Shown: piece by piece, positions 8,671-21,019 of the stretch
Numbering within the stretch: position 1 is the stretch's first letter
Layout of the letters: every line of letters begins with the position of its first letter
Assembly: GCA_028286725.1 (NCBI GenBank)
Contig: JAQBQZ010000002.1
Coordinates: 18,241 to 82,240 of the forward strand
DNA length: 64,000 nt
Reading direction: 5' to 3'
Source of the DNA: Candidatus Tayloriibacteriota bacterium
GTDB taxonomy: Bacteria > Patescibacteriota > Minisyncoccia > Phycocordibacterales > CAIRYW01
Translations under genes and position numbers: made by a program
The notes under the pieces: model-generated
What the model saw: only the letters and a program-made list of their open reading frames with translations
Database searches by the model: none
What the model was told of the DNA's origin: nothing

Positions 8671-10647
8671 ATGAAAATCTCTCACAAATGGCTCCAGACA
8701 TACTTCAAAAAACCTCTTCCATCATCTGATAAGATCGCGGAGCTTTTGACATTTCATATCTTTGAAGTTGAAGGAATTGAAAAGAAAACGACTGATGATA
8801 TCTTAGACGTGAAGGTGCTTCCAGATCGTGCATCGTATTGCCTTTCACATCAAGGTGTTGCACAAGAACTCGCAGCCCTTATTCCTGACAATGAATTCAT
8901 TCCTCGTACACTTCCTCCGATCGAATCTGATGATGTTGTGGGTGTGAATGTGTCTGTCGAAGCGGGAGATTTTTGTGATTCATACAATGCGATCCGGATC
9001 ATGAATGTGACAAAAGCAGATTCACCAACATGGCTTAAGGAAAAACTTGAAGCAGTAGGACAGAGATCTATTAATGTCTTTGCAGACATTGCAAACTTCG
9101 TAATGCTTGATATTGGTCAGCCGATGCATGTGTTTGACGCTAGGAAAGTATCGGGAGATATTACTGTGCGATACGCAAGAGTTGGTGAAATGATCACAAC
9201 TTTGGACAGCAAAGAAGTAAAGCTCGATTCAGATGTGGTTATCATTAGCGACGAAAAAAATCCTCTCGCGATCGCAGGGATAAAAGGCGGTAAGCTCGCT
9301 GAGACGACACATAACTCTGATCATGTCATTGTTGAATCTGCTCACTTTGATGCAAGTCTTGTCCGCAAAACTTCAAGTCGACTTAATATCAAAACTGATT
9401 CATCAAAACGATTTGAGAATGGTGTGAGTGGAACACTTGCAATCGAAGCTTTGAACTACTTTGTCTCACTACTGAAAAAAGAAGATTCAGAAATTACAGT
9501 AAGTGGTATTAGTTCTGCAGGCCTCACAAAAAAGACCGAAAAAAAGGTTGAAGTATCAGCTGAATTTATAAACGAAAAACTTGGAAAAGAGATTCCAGCT
9601 GAAACAATCATAGAGCTCTTAAAACGCGCATCTATAAACGCACGAAGGGAGGGTGCAGTGATCGCTGTGTATCCTACCGACTCGCGAAAGGATTTGAATA
9701 TAAAGGAAGATATTGTTGATGAAGTGGGGCGGCTTTATGGGTATGAAAATATTGAAGGAACACTTCCTTCGGTCAATATTCCTGTTGCTTTGAATACTGA
9801 TATTGCGTATCGAAATATTGTGCGAAATTTCCTCGTTGGAAAAGGGTTTTCTGAAGTGCAGTCATACACATTGGCACCGAAGGGTGAAGTGGAAATAATT
9901 AATCCTCTTGCGGAAGACAAAAAGTATCTTAGAACAGACCTCGCAACACAGATCGAAGAGAAGCTAAAAAATAATATTTATTATTCAGATCTCTTGGGTC
10001 AAAATAAGATCAAGGTATTTGAATTTGGACGTGTGTGGAAAGGTGGACGAGAATTTCTCGCACTTTGTATTGGTATTGCTTACAAGAAAGCTAAAAAAGG
10101 CGAGAGACCAAATGATGAGATCAAGATCGTGCGAGATGAACTTTTTGAACATATCGGATCAAAGATCGCGATACTCTGTACTGTCGATGATAGTGGAGGG
10201 ATCATATCAAAGAATGGCAAATCCATCGGAATGACAAATAACATTGATGGAATAATGGAAGTGGATTTTGAATCACTCATTCAGGGTCTTCCAGAGCCAA
10301 AAGGTTCAGTCAAAATTCCTGTTTCAAAGGAGGTGAGGAAGTATAAAGCTCCGTCACCTTATCCATTTATGGTGCGGGATATTGCAGTCTTCGTACCTGG
10401 AGATAAATCTAACGCAGGAAAAGTGTGGCATGTGATAGAAACTCATATAGGGGATCTTTTGGTTCGGCATGAACTCTTTGATGTGTTTGAAAAGACAAGC
10501 AAAGAAACGGGTGCAATAGAAAAAACCTCTTTTGCGTTCAGGCTTGTGTTTCAATCATATGAAAAAACTCTCACTGATGACGAAATAAATAAAGTGATGG
10601 AGAGAATTACGGGTGTACTCATAGAGAATAAATGGGAGGTGAGATAG
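8671..10647 (+). CDS. pheT: Phenylalanine--tRNA ligase beta subunit
   Basis: N-terminus MKISHKWLQTYF is the typical PheT start. B3/4 and B5 regions are present. Start chosen at the ATG 8671; the longest ORF begins at 8617. Confidence 0.85.
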   Translation: MKISHKWLQTYFKKPLPSSDKIAELLTFHIFEVEGIEKKTTDDILDVKVLPDRASYCLSHQGVAQELAALIPDNEFIPRTLPPIESDDVVGVNVSVEAGDFCDSYNAIRIMNVTKADSPTWLKEKLEAVGQRSINVFADIANFVMLDIGQPMHVFDARKVSGDITVRYARVGEMITTLDSKEVKLDSDVVIISDEKNPLAIAGIKGGKLAETTHNSDHVIVESAHFDASLVRKTSSRLNIKTDSSKRFENGVSGTLAIEALNYFVSLLKKEDSEITVSGISSAGLTKKTEKKVEVSAEFINEKLGKEIPAETIIELLKRASINARREGAVIAVYPTDSRKDLNIKEDIVDEVGRLYGYENIEGTLPSVNIPVALNTDIAYRNIVRNFLVGKGFSEVQSYTLAPKGEVEIINPLAEDKKYLRTDLATQIEEKLKNNIYYSDLLGQNKIKVFEFGRVWKGGREFLALCIGIAYKKAKKGERPNDEIKIVRDELFEHIGSKIAILCTVDDSGGIISKNGKSIGMTNNIDGIMEVDFESLIQGLPEPKGSVKIPVSKEVRKYKAPSPYPFMVRDIAVFVPGDKSNAGKVWHVIETHIGDLLVRHELFDVFEKTSKETGAIEKTSFAFRLVFQSYEKTLTDDEINKVMERITGVLIENKWEVR

Positions 10648-10680
10648 AGGCATATTTAAGGGTTTAAATATTTAAAAATT

Positions 10681-10704
10681 GCACCGCGGCGTAGGCCGCG
10701 GTGC
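10681..10704 (+). terminator. Terminator hairpin of the GCACCGCGGCGTAG(G)CCGCGGTGC family
   Basis: gcaccgcggc-gtag-gccgcggtgc immediately after pheT. A second hairpin, gtcgaatcctcggagaggttcgac (10727-10750), is preceded by an A-run and serves the minus strand. Confidence 0.6.
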
Positions 10705-10774
10705 AATTTGATTAAGAAATAAAAAAGTCGAATCCTCGGAGAGGTTCGACTAATCTTGGTGATGAATGTGCTAC

Positions 10775-10966
10775 TTACTTTTTTTCCCAAAAAAGATCAT
10801 GGAGATCACCAATTGTTTTACGAAGACTTTGAAGCTTTTGGGGATTTTGAAGGATTTCCTCCATATCTTCTTTGCCTTGTGGGGGAGGGTATTGGTCTGC
10901 AAAATTAAAGAGGATTCTGAGACTTTCTCGATCTTTGTCTGTGGGCTCAACGTCTTCTGCGGGCAT
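10775..10966 (-). CDS. Hypothetical small acidic protein (63 aa)
   Basis: ORF MPAEDVEPTDKDRESLRILFNFADQYPPPQGKEDMEEILQNPQKLQSLRKTIGDLHDLFWEKK. A minus-oriented hairpin plus T-run (10721-10750) follows it. An 88-aa ORF in another frame, 10771..11037, overlaps it. Confidence 0.35.
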   Translation of the reverse strand: MPAEDVEPTDKDRESLRILFNFADQYPPPQGKEDMEEILQNPQKLQSLRKTIGDLHDLFWEKK

Positions 10967-10974
10967 GTTGGTAT

Positions 10975-10983
10975 GGGGGGGGG
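10975..10983. repeat. Homopolymeric G9 (C9 on the minus strand) tract
   Basis: Nine consecutive G in a roughly 38% GC genome, 9-17 nt upstream of the ATG of the 63-aa minus-strand ORF and inside the overlapping 88-aa frame. Confidence 0.9.
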
Positions 10984-11026
10984 TGATGGGTTTTCTGTGG
11001 TAAAAGTATCACGAAAATGGGTATAG

Positions 11027-13129
<2,103 letters not shown>

Positions 13130-13203
13130 ACTGAATACAGCTTGCCCACTAGCAAATTTGCACCGCTCTCGGGTATCAACTACTGTTGTACTCAAATTTT
13201 GCT

Positions 13204-13242
13204 TTTGGGTCGAATGCAAAGATGGCGAGACTTGATATTTAA
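13204..13242 (+). pseudogene. Remnant duplicate of the gyrB 3' end ([12 protein letters not shown]-stop)
   Basis: ttt ggg tcg aat gca aag atg gcg aga ctt gat att taa encodes the same last 11 residues ([10 protein letters not shown]) as gyrB 13097-13129, with a different codon at every position. The frame is closed by a TAG at 13150-13152 with no ATG upstream. Confidence 0.5.
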
Positions 13243-13254
13243 GGATTTAAAATT

Positions 13255-13300
13255 TAAATAAAAATGCGCCGCGCCCTTGGGCGCGGCGCATTTTTATTTT
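13255..13300. terminator. Bidirectional rho-independent terminator
   Basis: A-run, then gcgccgcgccc-ttg-ggcgcggcgc, then T-run, between gyrB (+) and the CARDB gene (-). Confidence 0.7.
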
Positions 13301-13307
13301 GTAACTA

Positions 13308-14816
13308 TTAGTTAACGTTTATTGTTCTTGAAGCGTAGTTGTTGCCTTCATTAGTTTCGTAGACGGAGTTATTTGAGTCTACTGTGAATGATACTGTTCC
13401 ATTACCTTGAGTTGGATTAGTGAATCCGATTGTGTACTGTCGTGTTTCACCAGGAGCCAAAGAGTTTTCTGTGTTTGATTGGTAGAGACTGTTGTTGTAA
13501 GTTGGAAGATTGGCCGTGAATTGGAATGGTCCACTAGTTTGACCTCCGATATTTTGAATCTCAAACTTTACAGCAACTTTATCATTTCTACTGAGTGAGT
13601 TCGAATAGTAGAACTGATTGTTGTTGTTCATTACTCCAACATCGACAATTCTTACAACAAGGTCGGTATTACCTCCATTATTATAATTGTTGTTGCCATT
13701 GTAATATCCACTATTGTTATTGTAATTGTTGTTATAACTATTATTGTTTGAATAACTACCGTTTGAAGTAACCGGGATGTTCAAAGTGTTGTTAGACTGA
13801 TTTGTATCATTTGCATTTAATATGATCGCAATGTTTCGTCCATTAGGATCAAATGCATCAAATGAAATAGTCATAATGTATGAGTCTCCAGGATTAAGTG
13901 CGGGTTGTGCAGATGATGTATATGTCTGGTCAGCTACAGTTTTTGTAGGAAGATTGGCTCGGAGAGTCCAAGCACCTGATCGAGCGGTACCCACATTTGA
14001 TACTTTGAACTGTACTGTCACTCGATCATTCTCTGCGAATGATGAACTGTTTACATATGATCCGTCACTTTGTGTTCGCCCCACTTTAACAAGACTTACG
14101 CTCAAATCAGCTGTTCCATTGGTGACTCCTGTATTGTGATTAGTATTGTTTGTCTGTGTATTGTTGGAAGGAGAAGGATTTGCATTCGTGTTTACTCCAT
14201 TGTTATTTGTAGTTACAGTTGTTGTCGCATTGTAATCAGGATTGTACTGATTATTAGTTGTAACGGTTGTTGTGTTGCCTGGCGCAAGTATTGTCATGTT
14301 TGCACTATTTTGAACAATGATGTTTTTCATATCTTTGTCCCAAAGCGCTACAGTCATTGTGATAGGTGTATTTGCCTTGTTGGTATTTTTGGCTACGAAT
14401 GAATAGCTATTGCTTGTTGTTGGAAGTGGGAACATTGTCTCACATACAACAGGTCTCTGTCCGCCGATTGAGGCGTATTCAACAGTGACACCATCGACAC
14501 ACTTGTAGCTCCACATAAGAGAACCGTCTGTAGTCGTGGTAGTGTTTTTCCAAGATACAGTGAATGAATCACCGCTTTTTACTTCAGAAGGCGCTGTAAC
14601 GGCAATCCCATCTTTTGGACTAAAGAGGGAAGAGAAAGAAACGTTCGCAGTACCGATAGAAGAAATAAGCTTTGGTACGAACTTTACTATTGCAAGCGCA
14701 ATGAAGAGTAAAACGACAATGATCGCGACAATGATAGCTCCACGAACAATAGAATTGCTCGCTTTTGGCGCTTCATCTGTGTGTTCATCGGCAATAATGT
14801 GTGGTTCTTGTGACAT
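13308..14816 (-). CDS. N-terminally membrane-anchored surface protein with two CARDB-like domains and N/T/S-rich linkers
   Basis: TM helix after a short cytoplasmic N-terminus. Two repeats of the DLxVxxVxVG...NxG...S...F..NLP pattern (ADLSVSLVKVGRTQ..., TDLVVRIVDVGVMN...). Asn/Thr-rich low-complexity spacers. Confidence 0.65.
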   Translation of the reverse strand: MSQEPHIIADEHTDEAPKASNSIVRGAIIVAIIVVLLFIALAIVKFVPKLISSIGTANVSFSSLFSPKDGIAVTAPSEVKSGDSFTVSWKNTTTTTDGSLMWSYKCVDGVTVEYASIGGQRPVVCETMFPLPTTSNSYSFVAKNTNKANTPITMTVALWDKDMKNIIVQNSANMTILAPGNTTTVTTNNQYNPDYNATTTVTTNNNGVNTNANPSPSNNTQTNNTNHNTGVTNGTADLSVSLVKVGRTQSDGSYVNSSSFAENDRVTVQFKVSNVGTARSGAWTLRANLPTKTVADQTYTSSAQPALNPGDSYIMTISFDAFDPNGRNIAIILNANDTNQSNNTLNIPVTSNGSYSNNNSYNNNYNNNSGYYNGNNNYNNGGNTDLVVRIVDVGVMNNNNQFYYSNSLSRNDKVAVKFEIQNIGGQTSGPFQFTANLPTYNNSLYQSNTENSLAPGETRQYTIGFTNPTQGNGTVSFTVDSNNSVYETNEGNNYASRTINVN

Positions 14817-14924
14817 AAATATTTTGTTAATCTTTTAGATTTATGGGTATATTATAGCTCTTTTAAGGAAAAATGTCAAGGCCTCGTTTGACTCTGTTTA
14901 CAAAGCCTTATATAATTCAATTAT

Positions 14925-15587
14925 ATGAATAACTATAAGGCTTTTTGGAAAAGAGGAGATGTGAAATTTGTGATTGCTTTTACTGGGGTATTTTTGGTGA
15001 GCTTTATCGGTCTTTATTCACTAGGGCTTGTGCCAAACGAGCTTACGGGAGACAGCTCAAGCGTACTTGATGATCTGAGGTTCAATGCAATCAAGATGAC
15101 AGAGAAAGATGCTGTCCCCGCAACCACAACTACAAAAGAAAAAGTTACAGGTGAAGAACCTGTGCATCTCACGATTCCTAATACAGATGTTGATATTCTT
15201 GTGCAGAATCCTCAAACAAAAGACAACACAGTGCTTGATGAGTACCTGACACGCGGTACGATCCGCTATCCTGACTCTGCGCTTTTGGGTGCAGGTAATG
15301 TACTCATCTTCGGCCACAGCTCTAACTGGGCTGTAGTACACAACAAAGCGTATAAATCTCTAAATGGAATTGAAAAGTTAAAAGCAGGAGATCTAATCTA
15401 TGTAGACTCTGCGACAAATAGATATACTTACTCGGTAGAAAATGTGAACTTGGTTGATGCCGATAAAGAGTTTATCGATTTTGGAACAGACAAAAATATG
15501 TTAACCCTTTCAACTTGTAATACATTTGGACAGAAGCAGGAGAGATATGTGGCAGAGGCGGTGTTTAAGAGTAAAACAAGTTTATAA
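14925..15587 (+). CDS. Sortase family transpeptidase
   Basis: N-terminal TM helix, catalytic His (VLIFGHSS), active-site LTLSTC motif, and a downstream conserved Arg region. Confidence 0.8.
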   Translation: MNNYKAFWKRGDVKFVIAFTGVFLVSFIGLYSLGLVPNELTGDSSSVLDDLRFNAIKMTEKDAVPATTTTKEKVTGEEPVHLTIPNTDVDILVQNPQTKDNTVLDEYLTRGTIRYPDSALLGAGNVLIFGHSSNWAVVHNKAYKSLNGIEKLKAGDLIYVDSATNRYTYSVENVNLVDADKEFIDFGTDKNMLTLSTCNTFGQKQERYVAEAVFKSKTSL

Positions 15588-15614
15588 TTTGTGTCTTAGG
15601 ATTTAATATAAACA

Positions 15615-15650
15615 AAACAGTACCAAGGCTTTGCCCTGGTACTGTTTTGA
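15615..15650. terminator. Bidirectional terminator between sortase and thrS
   Basis: aaaacagtaccaagg-cttt-gccctggtactgtttt hairpin flanked by A-run and T-run. Confidence 0.55.
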
Positions 15651-15657
15651 ATTTTAT

Positions 15658-17412
15658 TTAATTGCTCTTACTTTCTGTTTCTTCAACCAATTTTTTTACT
15701 GCGTCTTCAATACTTAGCACAAACTTCTCTGTTCTACCTTCGAGTGTGACTTGCCCTGCCTCTACTTCTTTCTTTCCAATAACTGCAATGTATGGAATTT
15801 TTTCTGTTTTTGCATTTCGGATTTTCTTGCCGAATGAGTCATTACCGAGATCAAGATTTGCTCGGATGCCATTTTCTCTGAGAATATTTCGGAGATTTGT
15901 TGCATATTCGATCTCATTGTCTCCAATTGGAACAATTCGAACTTGAGTAGGTGAGAGCCAAAGAGGGAATATTCCTGCAGTGTGTTCGATGAGTGTCGAC
16001 ATGAATCGCTCAATTGATCCCATGATTGCTGCGTGGATCATGACCACTTGTTCCTTCTCTGCTTTTTCATTTGTACAAACGAGTCCGAAGTTCTTTGGCT
16101 GATTGAAGTCGAGCTGGATTGTGGCTACTTGGAGCACTCGTCCGATAGAATCTTTCGCAATGAAGTCGATCTTTGGTCCGTAGAATGCTGCTTCACCAGT
16201 ACCATCCATCCACTCCACTCCTTTTTTCTTCATCAGGCTTTCGAGTGCGCCTTCTGCTTTTACCCATACTTCATCTGATCCTAAATATTTACTTCTTTCC
16301 TTTGGATCGTGAGTTGAGAATCTGACTTTGAGATCAAATCCAAATGTTTTGTAGAATGTTTCGATGATCTCCCAAATTGCCATACACTCTTCTTCGATCT
16401 GTATCTCACGACAAAATACATGAGCATCGTCTTGAGTGATAGAGAGTACTCGAGAAAGTCCTGAGAGTTCTCCTGATTGTTCATCTCGGTATACCATTGT
16501 TGTTTCTGCATATCGCTGTGGCATATCTCTGTAACTTCGAGGTTCTGCATCAAAGATCTGTGTGTGGTGCGGACAGTTCATTGGCTTCATTGCGTAGAGA
16601 TGGTCTTCTCGAGTACGAATCTTGAAGAGGTCATCCGCATACTTGTCCCAGTGTCCTGAAGTATCATAAAGTTCTCTTTTTGTAATATGTGGGATACAGA
16701 CTTTTTCGTAGCCTTTAACTTTTCGAAGTTCCCAAACAAAGTCATTCAAAAGCTCTCGAATGATTGTGCCTTTTGGAGTCCAGAGTGGAAGACCTGCACC
16801 AACTAGGGGAGAAAATGTGAAAAGTCCCATTTCTCGTCCGATGACTTTATGATCTCTTTTCTTTGCTTCTTCGAGCTGTGTTTCGTATGCAACAAGTTCG
16901 TCTTTTGTATCAAATGCAAGTCCGTAAACGCGAGTAAGCATTTTGTTTTTCTCGTCACCTCGCCAGTATGCACCTGCAACTCGTGAGAGTTTGAAAGAAT
17001 CTGGAGTGATTTCTTTTGAAGGATGTTCCGAGTGTCCTCCTCGACAGAGATCTGTGAATCCTCCGCAAGTATAAAGAGTGATAGGTTCGTTTCGTCCTCC
17101 GATTTCTTCAATAAGTTCTGTTTTGTACGGATTGCCATTGAATACTGCTTTGGCTTCGTCTGCAGTCACTTCTTGGTGAGAGAATTCTGTCCACTTTGAG
17201 AGATTTTTCTTCATTGCCTTTTCGATCTTTTCGAGGTCTGCATCTGATATTTTGTTGGTACCAAAGTCTATGTCGTAATAGAAACCTGTATCGATTGCTG
17301 GGCCTAGAGTAAGCTGAACATCTGGATAATTTTCAATAACCGCTTCTGCCAAAAGGTGGGCGAGGGTATGTCGCTTTTTTGATAAGTTTTCCGCTTTTTC
17401 TTTGTTTTCCAT
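15658..17412 (-). CDS. thrS: Threonine--tRNA ligase (lacks N-terminal TGS/editing-extension region)
   Basis: Class II core with MKPMNCPHH, FRDEQSGELSGLSRV and C-terminal anticodon-binding domain. ATG at 17412 (MENKEK...); an alternative GTG start lies at 17430. Confidence 0.85.
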   Translation of the reverse strand: MENKEKAENLSKKRHTLAHLLAEAVIENYPDVQLTLGPAIDTGFYYDIDFGTNKISDADLEKIEKAMKKNLSKWTEFSHQEVTADEAKAVFNGNPYKTELIEEIGGRNEPITLYTCGGFTDLCRGGHSEHPSKEITPDSFKLSRVAGAYWRGDEKNKMLTRVYGLAFDTKDELVAYETQLEEAKKRDHKVIGREMGLFTFSPLVGAGLPLWTPKGTIIRELLNDFVWELRKVKGYEKVCIPHITKRELYDTSGHWDKYADDLFKIRTREDHLYAMKPMNCPHHTQIFDAEPRSYRDMPQRYAETTMVYRDEQSGELSGLSRVLSITQDDAHVFCREIQIEEECMAIWEIIETFYKTFGFDLKVRFSTHDPKERSKYLGSDEVWVKAEGALESLMKKKGVEWMDGTGEAAFYGPKIDFIAKDSIGRVLQVATIQLDFNQPKNFGLVCTNEKAEKEQVVMIHAAIMGSIERFMSTLIEHTAGIFPLWLSPTQVRIVPIGDNEIEYATNLRNILRENGIRANLDLGNDSFGKKIRNAKTEKIPYIAVIGKKEVEAGQVTLEGRTEKFVLSIEDAVKKLVEETESKSN

Positions 17413-17492
17413 ATTCGTACATAGTAGCACAAGTTTCTTTGATTTTTAAGTATAAAAAAAGCCCGATGCGTTGTCGCAAAGGGCGGGAATGG

Positions 17493-17759
17493 TCAGATCT
17501 CCTCAGGAATTTCGAAAGAGTTTATAAGTTCATCTCCAGTTTGGAGATTAATGAGAATTGTCATTGGGGTGAAAATCCTTGTTGCTTCCTGAAACAGGTT
17601 TCTTTTTGGTCTTATAGCCTGGGCACCCTTTATTATCTGCTGGTCTAAGATTTGACGAGAGGGGTGTGTGCGCACATAAATGTGCTCATCCCCTCGAATA
17701 ATCTGCCAACATCTGAATCTAAAATCCATAATGATTATTGGTTGGGGGTCTTGGAACAA
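17493..17759 (-). CDS. Hypothetical small protein (88 aa)
   Basis: ORF between the dnaE terminator and thrS. A minus-oriented hairpin plus T-run lies downstream (17445-17480). No motif recognised. Confidence 0.4.
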   Translation of the reverse strand: MFQDPQPIIIMDFRFRCWQIIRGDEHIYVRTHPSRQILDQQIIKGAQAIRPKRNLFQEATRIFTPMTILINLQTGDELINSFEIPEEI

Positions 17760-17794
17760 TTGGTTTAGGCTATCTTAGCATATAAAAACAAATT

Positions 17795-17819
17795 GCACCG
17801 CGCCCAAAGGGCGCGGTGC
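17795..17819. terminator. Bidirectional terminator, GCACCGCG...CGCGGTGC family
   Basis: gcaccgcgccc-aaa-gggcgcggtgc flanked by aaattt/aatttg, immediately downstream of dnaE. Confidence 0.65.
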
Positions 17820-17836
17820 AATTTGTGTGAATACTT

Positions 17837-20800
17837 TTATAAAACTTTGACTTTATCCGCCAAAATACTCATTACATCATCTTTCATTGAGATCTTACCA
17901 TCGATTCGAAGACATTTTTCACCACTGAAGAGTTGTTTTACATCTGCATAAATCTTTGGGAAAAGCACTACTTCCATCATTCCGCTAAAATCTCCAACTT
18001 TGACGAATGCCATAAGGTCTCCTTTTTTAGTTCTGATTTCTTTTATTTCTTCTGTTACTCCGATGATCATTTGAGTCTGATCTTTTTTGGCAGTCGCTTT
18101 CACTTTAGCGATCGATACTCCTTTTGCATCCATTTTTTCTCTAAATCTGTCGAGGGGATGACCAGAAATATATAATCCGATAAGTTCTTTTTCCCATGAG
18201 AGTTTTACATTTGGCTCTACTGGATCATATTTTTTTAGTACAAGCGTTGATCCTCCATCACCAATACTTCCAAACAAAGATTCTTGGTTCTTTGGACCTT
18301 TGTTGATCTCTTTGTTGAATTCAAGAAGTGCTTCAAGATTTCCCAGGAGTTCTCCGCGTTCGCCATAGGCATCCATTGCTCCACATTTGATAAGCGCATC
18401 AAGAGATTTTTTGTTCAAGTTTTTGTCTTTGATTCGTTCAAGAAAATCGGTCAGTGTTTTAAATTTGCCACCATTCTTTCTCTCGGAGATAATCGCATCC
18501 CCAATGCCTTCTCCAAAGTTTTTGATCGTTGTGAGTCCAAATCTTATTTTTTCTTTACCTGTTACTTCGTCTGTAACTACTGTGAATCCTCCAAAGCTTT
18601 CATTGATATCTGGCGGTAATACTTCAATTCCTGATCGCTTACACTCTGCAACAGTTGATGCGACCTTCTCGACGTCACCTGATTCGTGAGTAAGAACGGA
18701 AGACATGTATTCAGCGGGGAAGTTGGCTTTGAGATATGCGGTGATATATGCGATTCGTCCGTAGGATACTGAGTGAGCTTTGTTGAATCCATATGCAGCA
18801 AATGGTTCGATCCATTTCCAGATCTCTTCTGCTTTTTTGAGCGACCACCCAGAATGCTCAACACATCCATTGATGAATTTTTCTTTTTGCTTTGCCATTT
18901 CTTCTGGAATTTTCTTTCCCACGGCTTTTCGGAATTTATCAACCTCTCCCCATGTATATCCTGCAAGTTTGTTCGCCATCATCAAAAGGTCATCCTGATA
19001 CACGAGGATCCCGTATGTTTTTTTGAGGATTGGTTCGAGTGAAGGATCAAGATATGAGATCTTTGATGGGGTATGTTTTCGCGCGATATATTCAGGGATG
19101 AATTGGATCGGACCTGGTCGGTAGAGCGCCACCATCGCGTTAATATCGTGGATTGATGTTGGCTTCAAATCCATCAAGAACTTTGTCATACCCTCACCGT
19201 TTAGCTGGAACACATCAGATGTTTCTCCACGAGCAAGCATCTCAAATGTTTTTTTATCGTTGATTGGAATTGTTTCGTAATCAACATCAATATCTTTTAG
19301 CTGTTTTACGAGTTTGATGGTATCTGAAATGATCGAAAGGTTTTTGAGTCCAAGAAAGTCGAATTTGAGAAGTCCTGCATTTTCTTCATCGATTGAATAC
19401 ATATCGTATTGGGTGATGATCTTACCTTCACCTTTTGGATCGAGCTGTAGTGGGACAATGTCTATAAGGGGCACAGGAGAAATAACCACTCCGGCTGCGT
19501 GCACACCGATGTGTCGTGAACATCCTTCGATTTTCATCGCCATATCGATGATCTTTTTTGTATCCTCTTCTTTTTTGTACGCCATCCCAAGCTCTGGGTT
19601 TTCGGTGAGTGCCTTTTCGAGTGTCATCGGGAATCCTTGGGATCCCATTGGTACCATTTTTGAAATTCTGTCTCCTGTGGCTACTTCATATCCGAGTGCA
19701 CGTGCCACATCTCGGACAGATCCTCTGGCTGCCATCGTACCGAACGTTCCGATCTGGGCTACTTTGTCGTCACCGTATTTTACTTTTGCGTACGCCACCA
19801 TCTCATCTCGTCTGTCGTCGGCGAAGTCCATATCGATGTCCGGTGCCGAAGGTCGATCAGGGTTTAGGAATCGTTCAAATGGAATTTCGTATTCAAGCGG
19901 GTCGATGTTTGTAATACCTGAAAGGTATGTCACCAAAGATCCAGAAACCGAACCTCGAATGTTGGAGAGGATCCCGTGTTCTTTTGCATATCGAAGAAGA
20001 TCCGCCACTACGAGAAAGTACGGCGCATATCCTTTGGTCTTGATAACAGAAAGTTCGTAGTCTGCACGTGTCTCCGTCACCTCATTTTTTTCAAGATTTC
20101 TTTTTGCAAATCCTTCATACACAATTCTTCGAAGTTCATCATCAGCGCCAAGTCCGCTTTCAATGGGAATGGTAGGGAACATCCATTTGCCAAGCGGAAT
20201 TTCGAGATTGCATTTTTCGACTATTTTTTCGACATTATCTATTGCTTCGGGGTATTTTTTGAAAAGTTTTTCTGCTTCACTTTGACTTATGAAAGAAAAA
20301 TCTCCCTCATCTTCTTCAACTCGCGCTTCACCAAAAGATTTTTGCACCATCATGAGGGTCTTCTGGGCTTTCTTTTCATTCTTTTCAAGATAGTAGACAT
20401 CGTGTCCTGCAACGATCGGTACTTCGACATCTTTTGCAAATGTTACGAGTCGATCCATAAATTGCGACTGATCTTCGATCTCTGGATGCATGGTGACTTC
20501 GATATAAAAATCATCTTTGAAAATGTTTTTGTAAAATGTTACCCAATTGCGCGCGAGATCTTCGTTGGCATTTCGGATCGCAGTTGCTGCTTCACCGCTA
20601 AATGCTGGAGTGATGGCGATGAGTCCTTTGTGGTATTTCTCGATCAATTCTTTGTCCAGACGAGGTTTGTAGTAGAAGCCTTCAGTGTACGAGTAAGTAA
20701 CAAGCTTCAAAAGGTTTTGATAGCCTTCCATATCTTTGGCAAGCAAAATGAGGCGAGTTCGTTTGTTATCGATTCGGGGTTCACGATCATGGCGAGTACG

Positions 20801-21019
20801 GACTGCAACAAAAAAGTCGACACCGATGATCGGTTTGATCTCTTTTTTCTTGCATTCTTTGAAAAACTCGATGACGCCATACATATTGCCGGCATCTGTG
20901 AGGGCGAGAGATTTCATCTCGAACTCTTTTGCCTTGGCGACCATTTCGGGAATTTTTGGGAGAGCTTGAAGGAGGGAATAGTGAGAATGAGTGTGAAGAT
21001 GTGTGAACTTTGACATCAA
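17837..21019 (-). CDS. dnaE: DNA polymerase III alpha subunit
   Basis: PHP domain (HLHTHSHYSLL), polymerase core motifs, OB-fold C-terminus. 1060 aa. Confidence 0.9.
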   Translation of the reverse strand: MMSKFTHLHTHSHYSLLQALPKIPEMVAKAKEFEMKSLALTDAGNMYGVIEFFKECKKKEIKPIIGVDFFVAVRTRHDREPRIDNKRTRLILLAKDMEGYQNLLKLVTYSYTEGFYYKPRLDKELIEKYHKGLIAITPAFSGEAATAIRNANEDLARNWVTFYKNIFKDDFYIEVTMHPEIEDQSQFMDRLVTFAKDVEVPIVAGHDVYYLEKNEKKAQKTLMMVQKSFGEARVEEDEGDFSFISQSEAEKLFKKYPEAIDNVEKIVEKCNLEIPLGKWMFPTIPIESGLGADDELRRIVYEGFAKRNLEKNEVTETRADYELSVIKTKGYAPYFLVVADLLRYAKEHGILSNIRGSVSGSLVTYLSGITNIDPLEYEIPFERFLNPDRPSAPDIDMDFADDRRDEMVAYAKVKYGDDKVAQIGTFGTMAARGSVRDVARALGYEVATGDRISKMVPMGSQGFPMTLEKALTENPELGMAYKKEEDTKKIIDMAMKIEGCSRHIGVHAAGVVISPVPLIDIVPLQLDPKGEGKIITQYDMYSIDEENAGLLKFDFLGLKNLSIISDTIKLVKQLKDIDVDYETIPINDKKTFEMLARGETSDVFQLNGEGMTKFLMDLKPTSIHDINAMVALYRPGPIQFIPEYIARKHTPSKISYLDPSLEPILKKTYGILVYQDDLLMMANKLAGYTWGEVDKFRKAVGKKIPEEMAKQKEKFINGCVEHSGWSLKKAEEIWKWIEPFAAYGFNKAHSVSYGRIAYITAYLKANFPAEYMSSVLTHESGDVEKVASTVAECKRSGIEVLPPDINESFGGFTVVTDEVTGKEKIRFGLTTIKNFGEGIGDAIISERKNGGKFKTLTDFLERIKDKNLNKKSLDALIKCGAMDAYGERGELLGNLEALLEFNKEINKGPKNQESLFGSIGDGGSTLVLKKYDPVEPNVKLSWEKELIGLYISGHPLDRFREKMDAKGVSIAKVKATAKKDQTQMIIGVTEEIKEIRTKKGDLMAFVKVGDFSGMMEVVLFPKIYADVKQLFSGEKCLRIDGKISMKDDVMSILADKVKVL

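Noticed and set aside
19314-21013. Long plus-strand ORFs (248 and 345 aa) antisense to dnaE
   Set aside because: They are entirely contained within the dnaE coding region on the opposite strand. Their translations are Phe/Cys/Ile/Ser-rich low-complexity strings typical of antisense frames of AT-rich genes. No start context or terminator.
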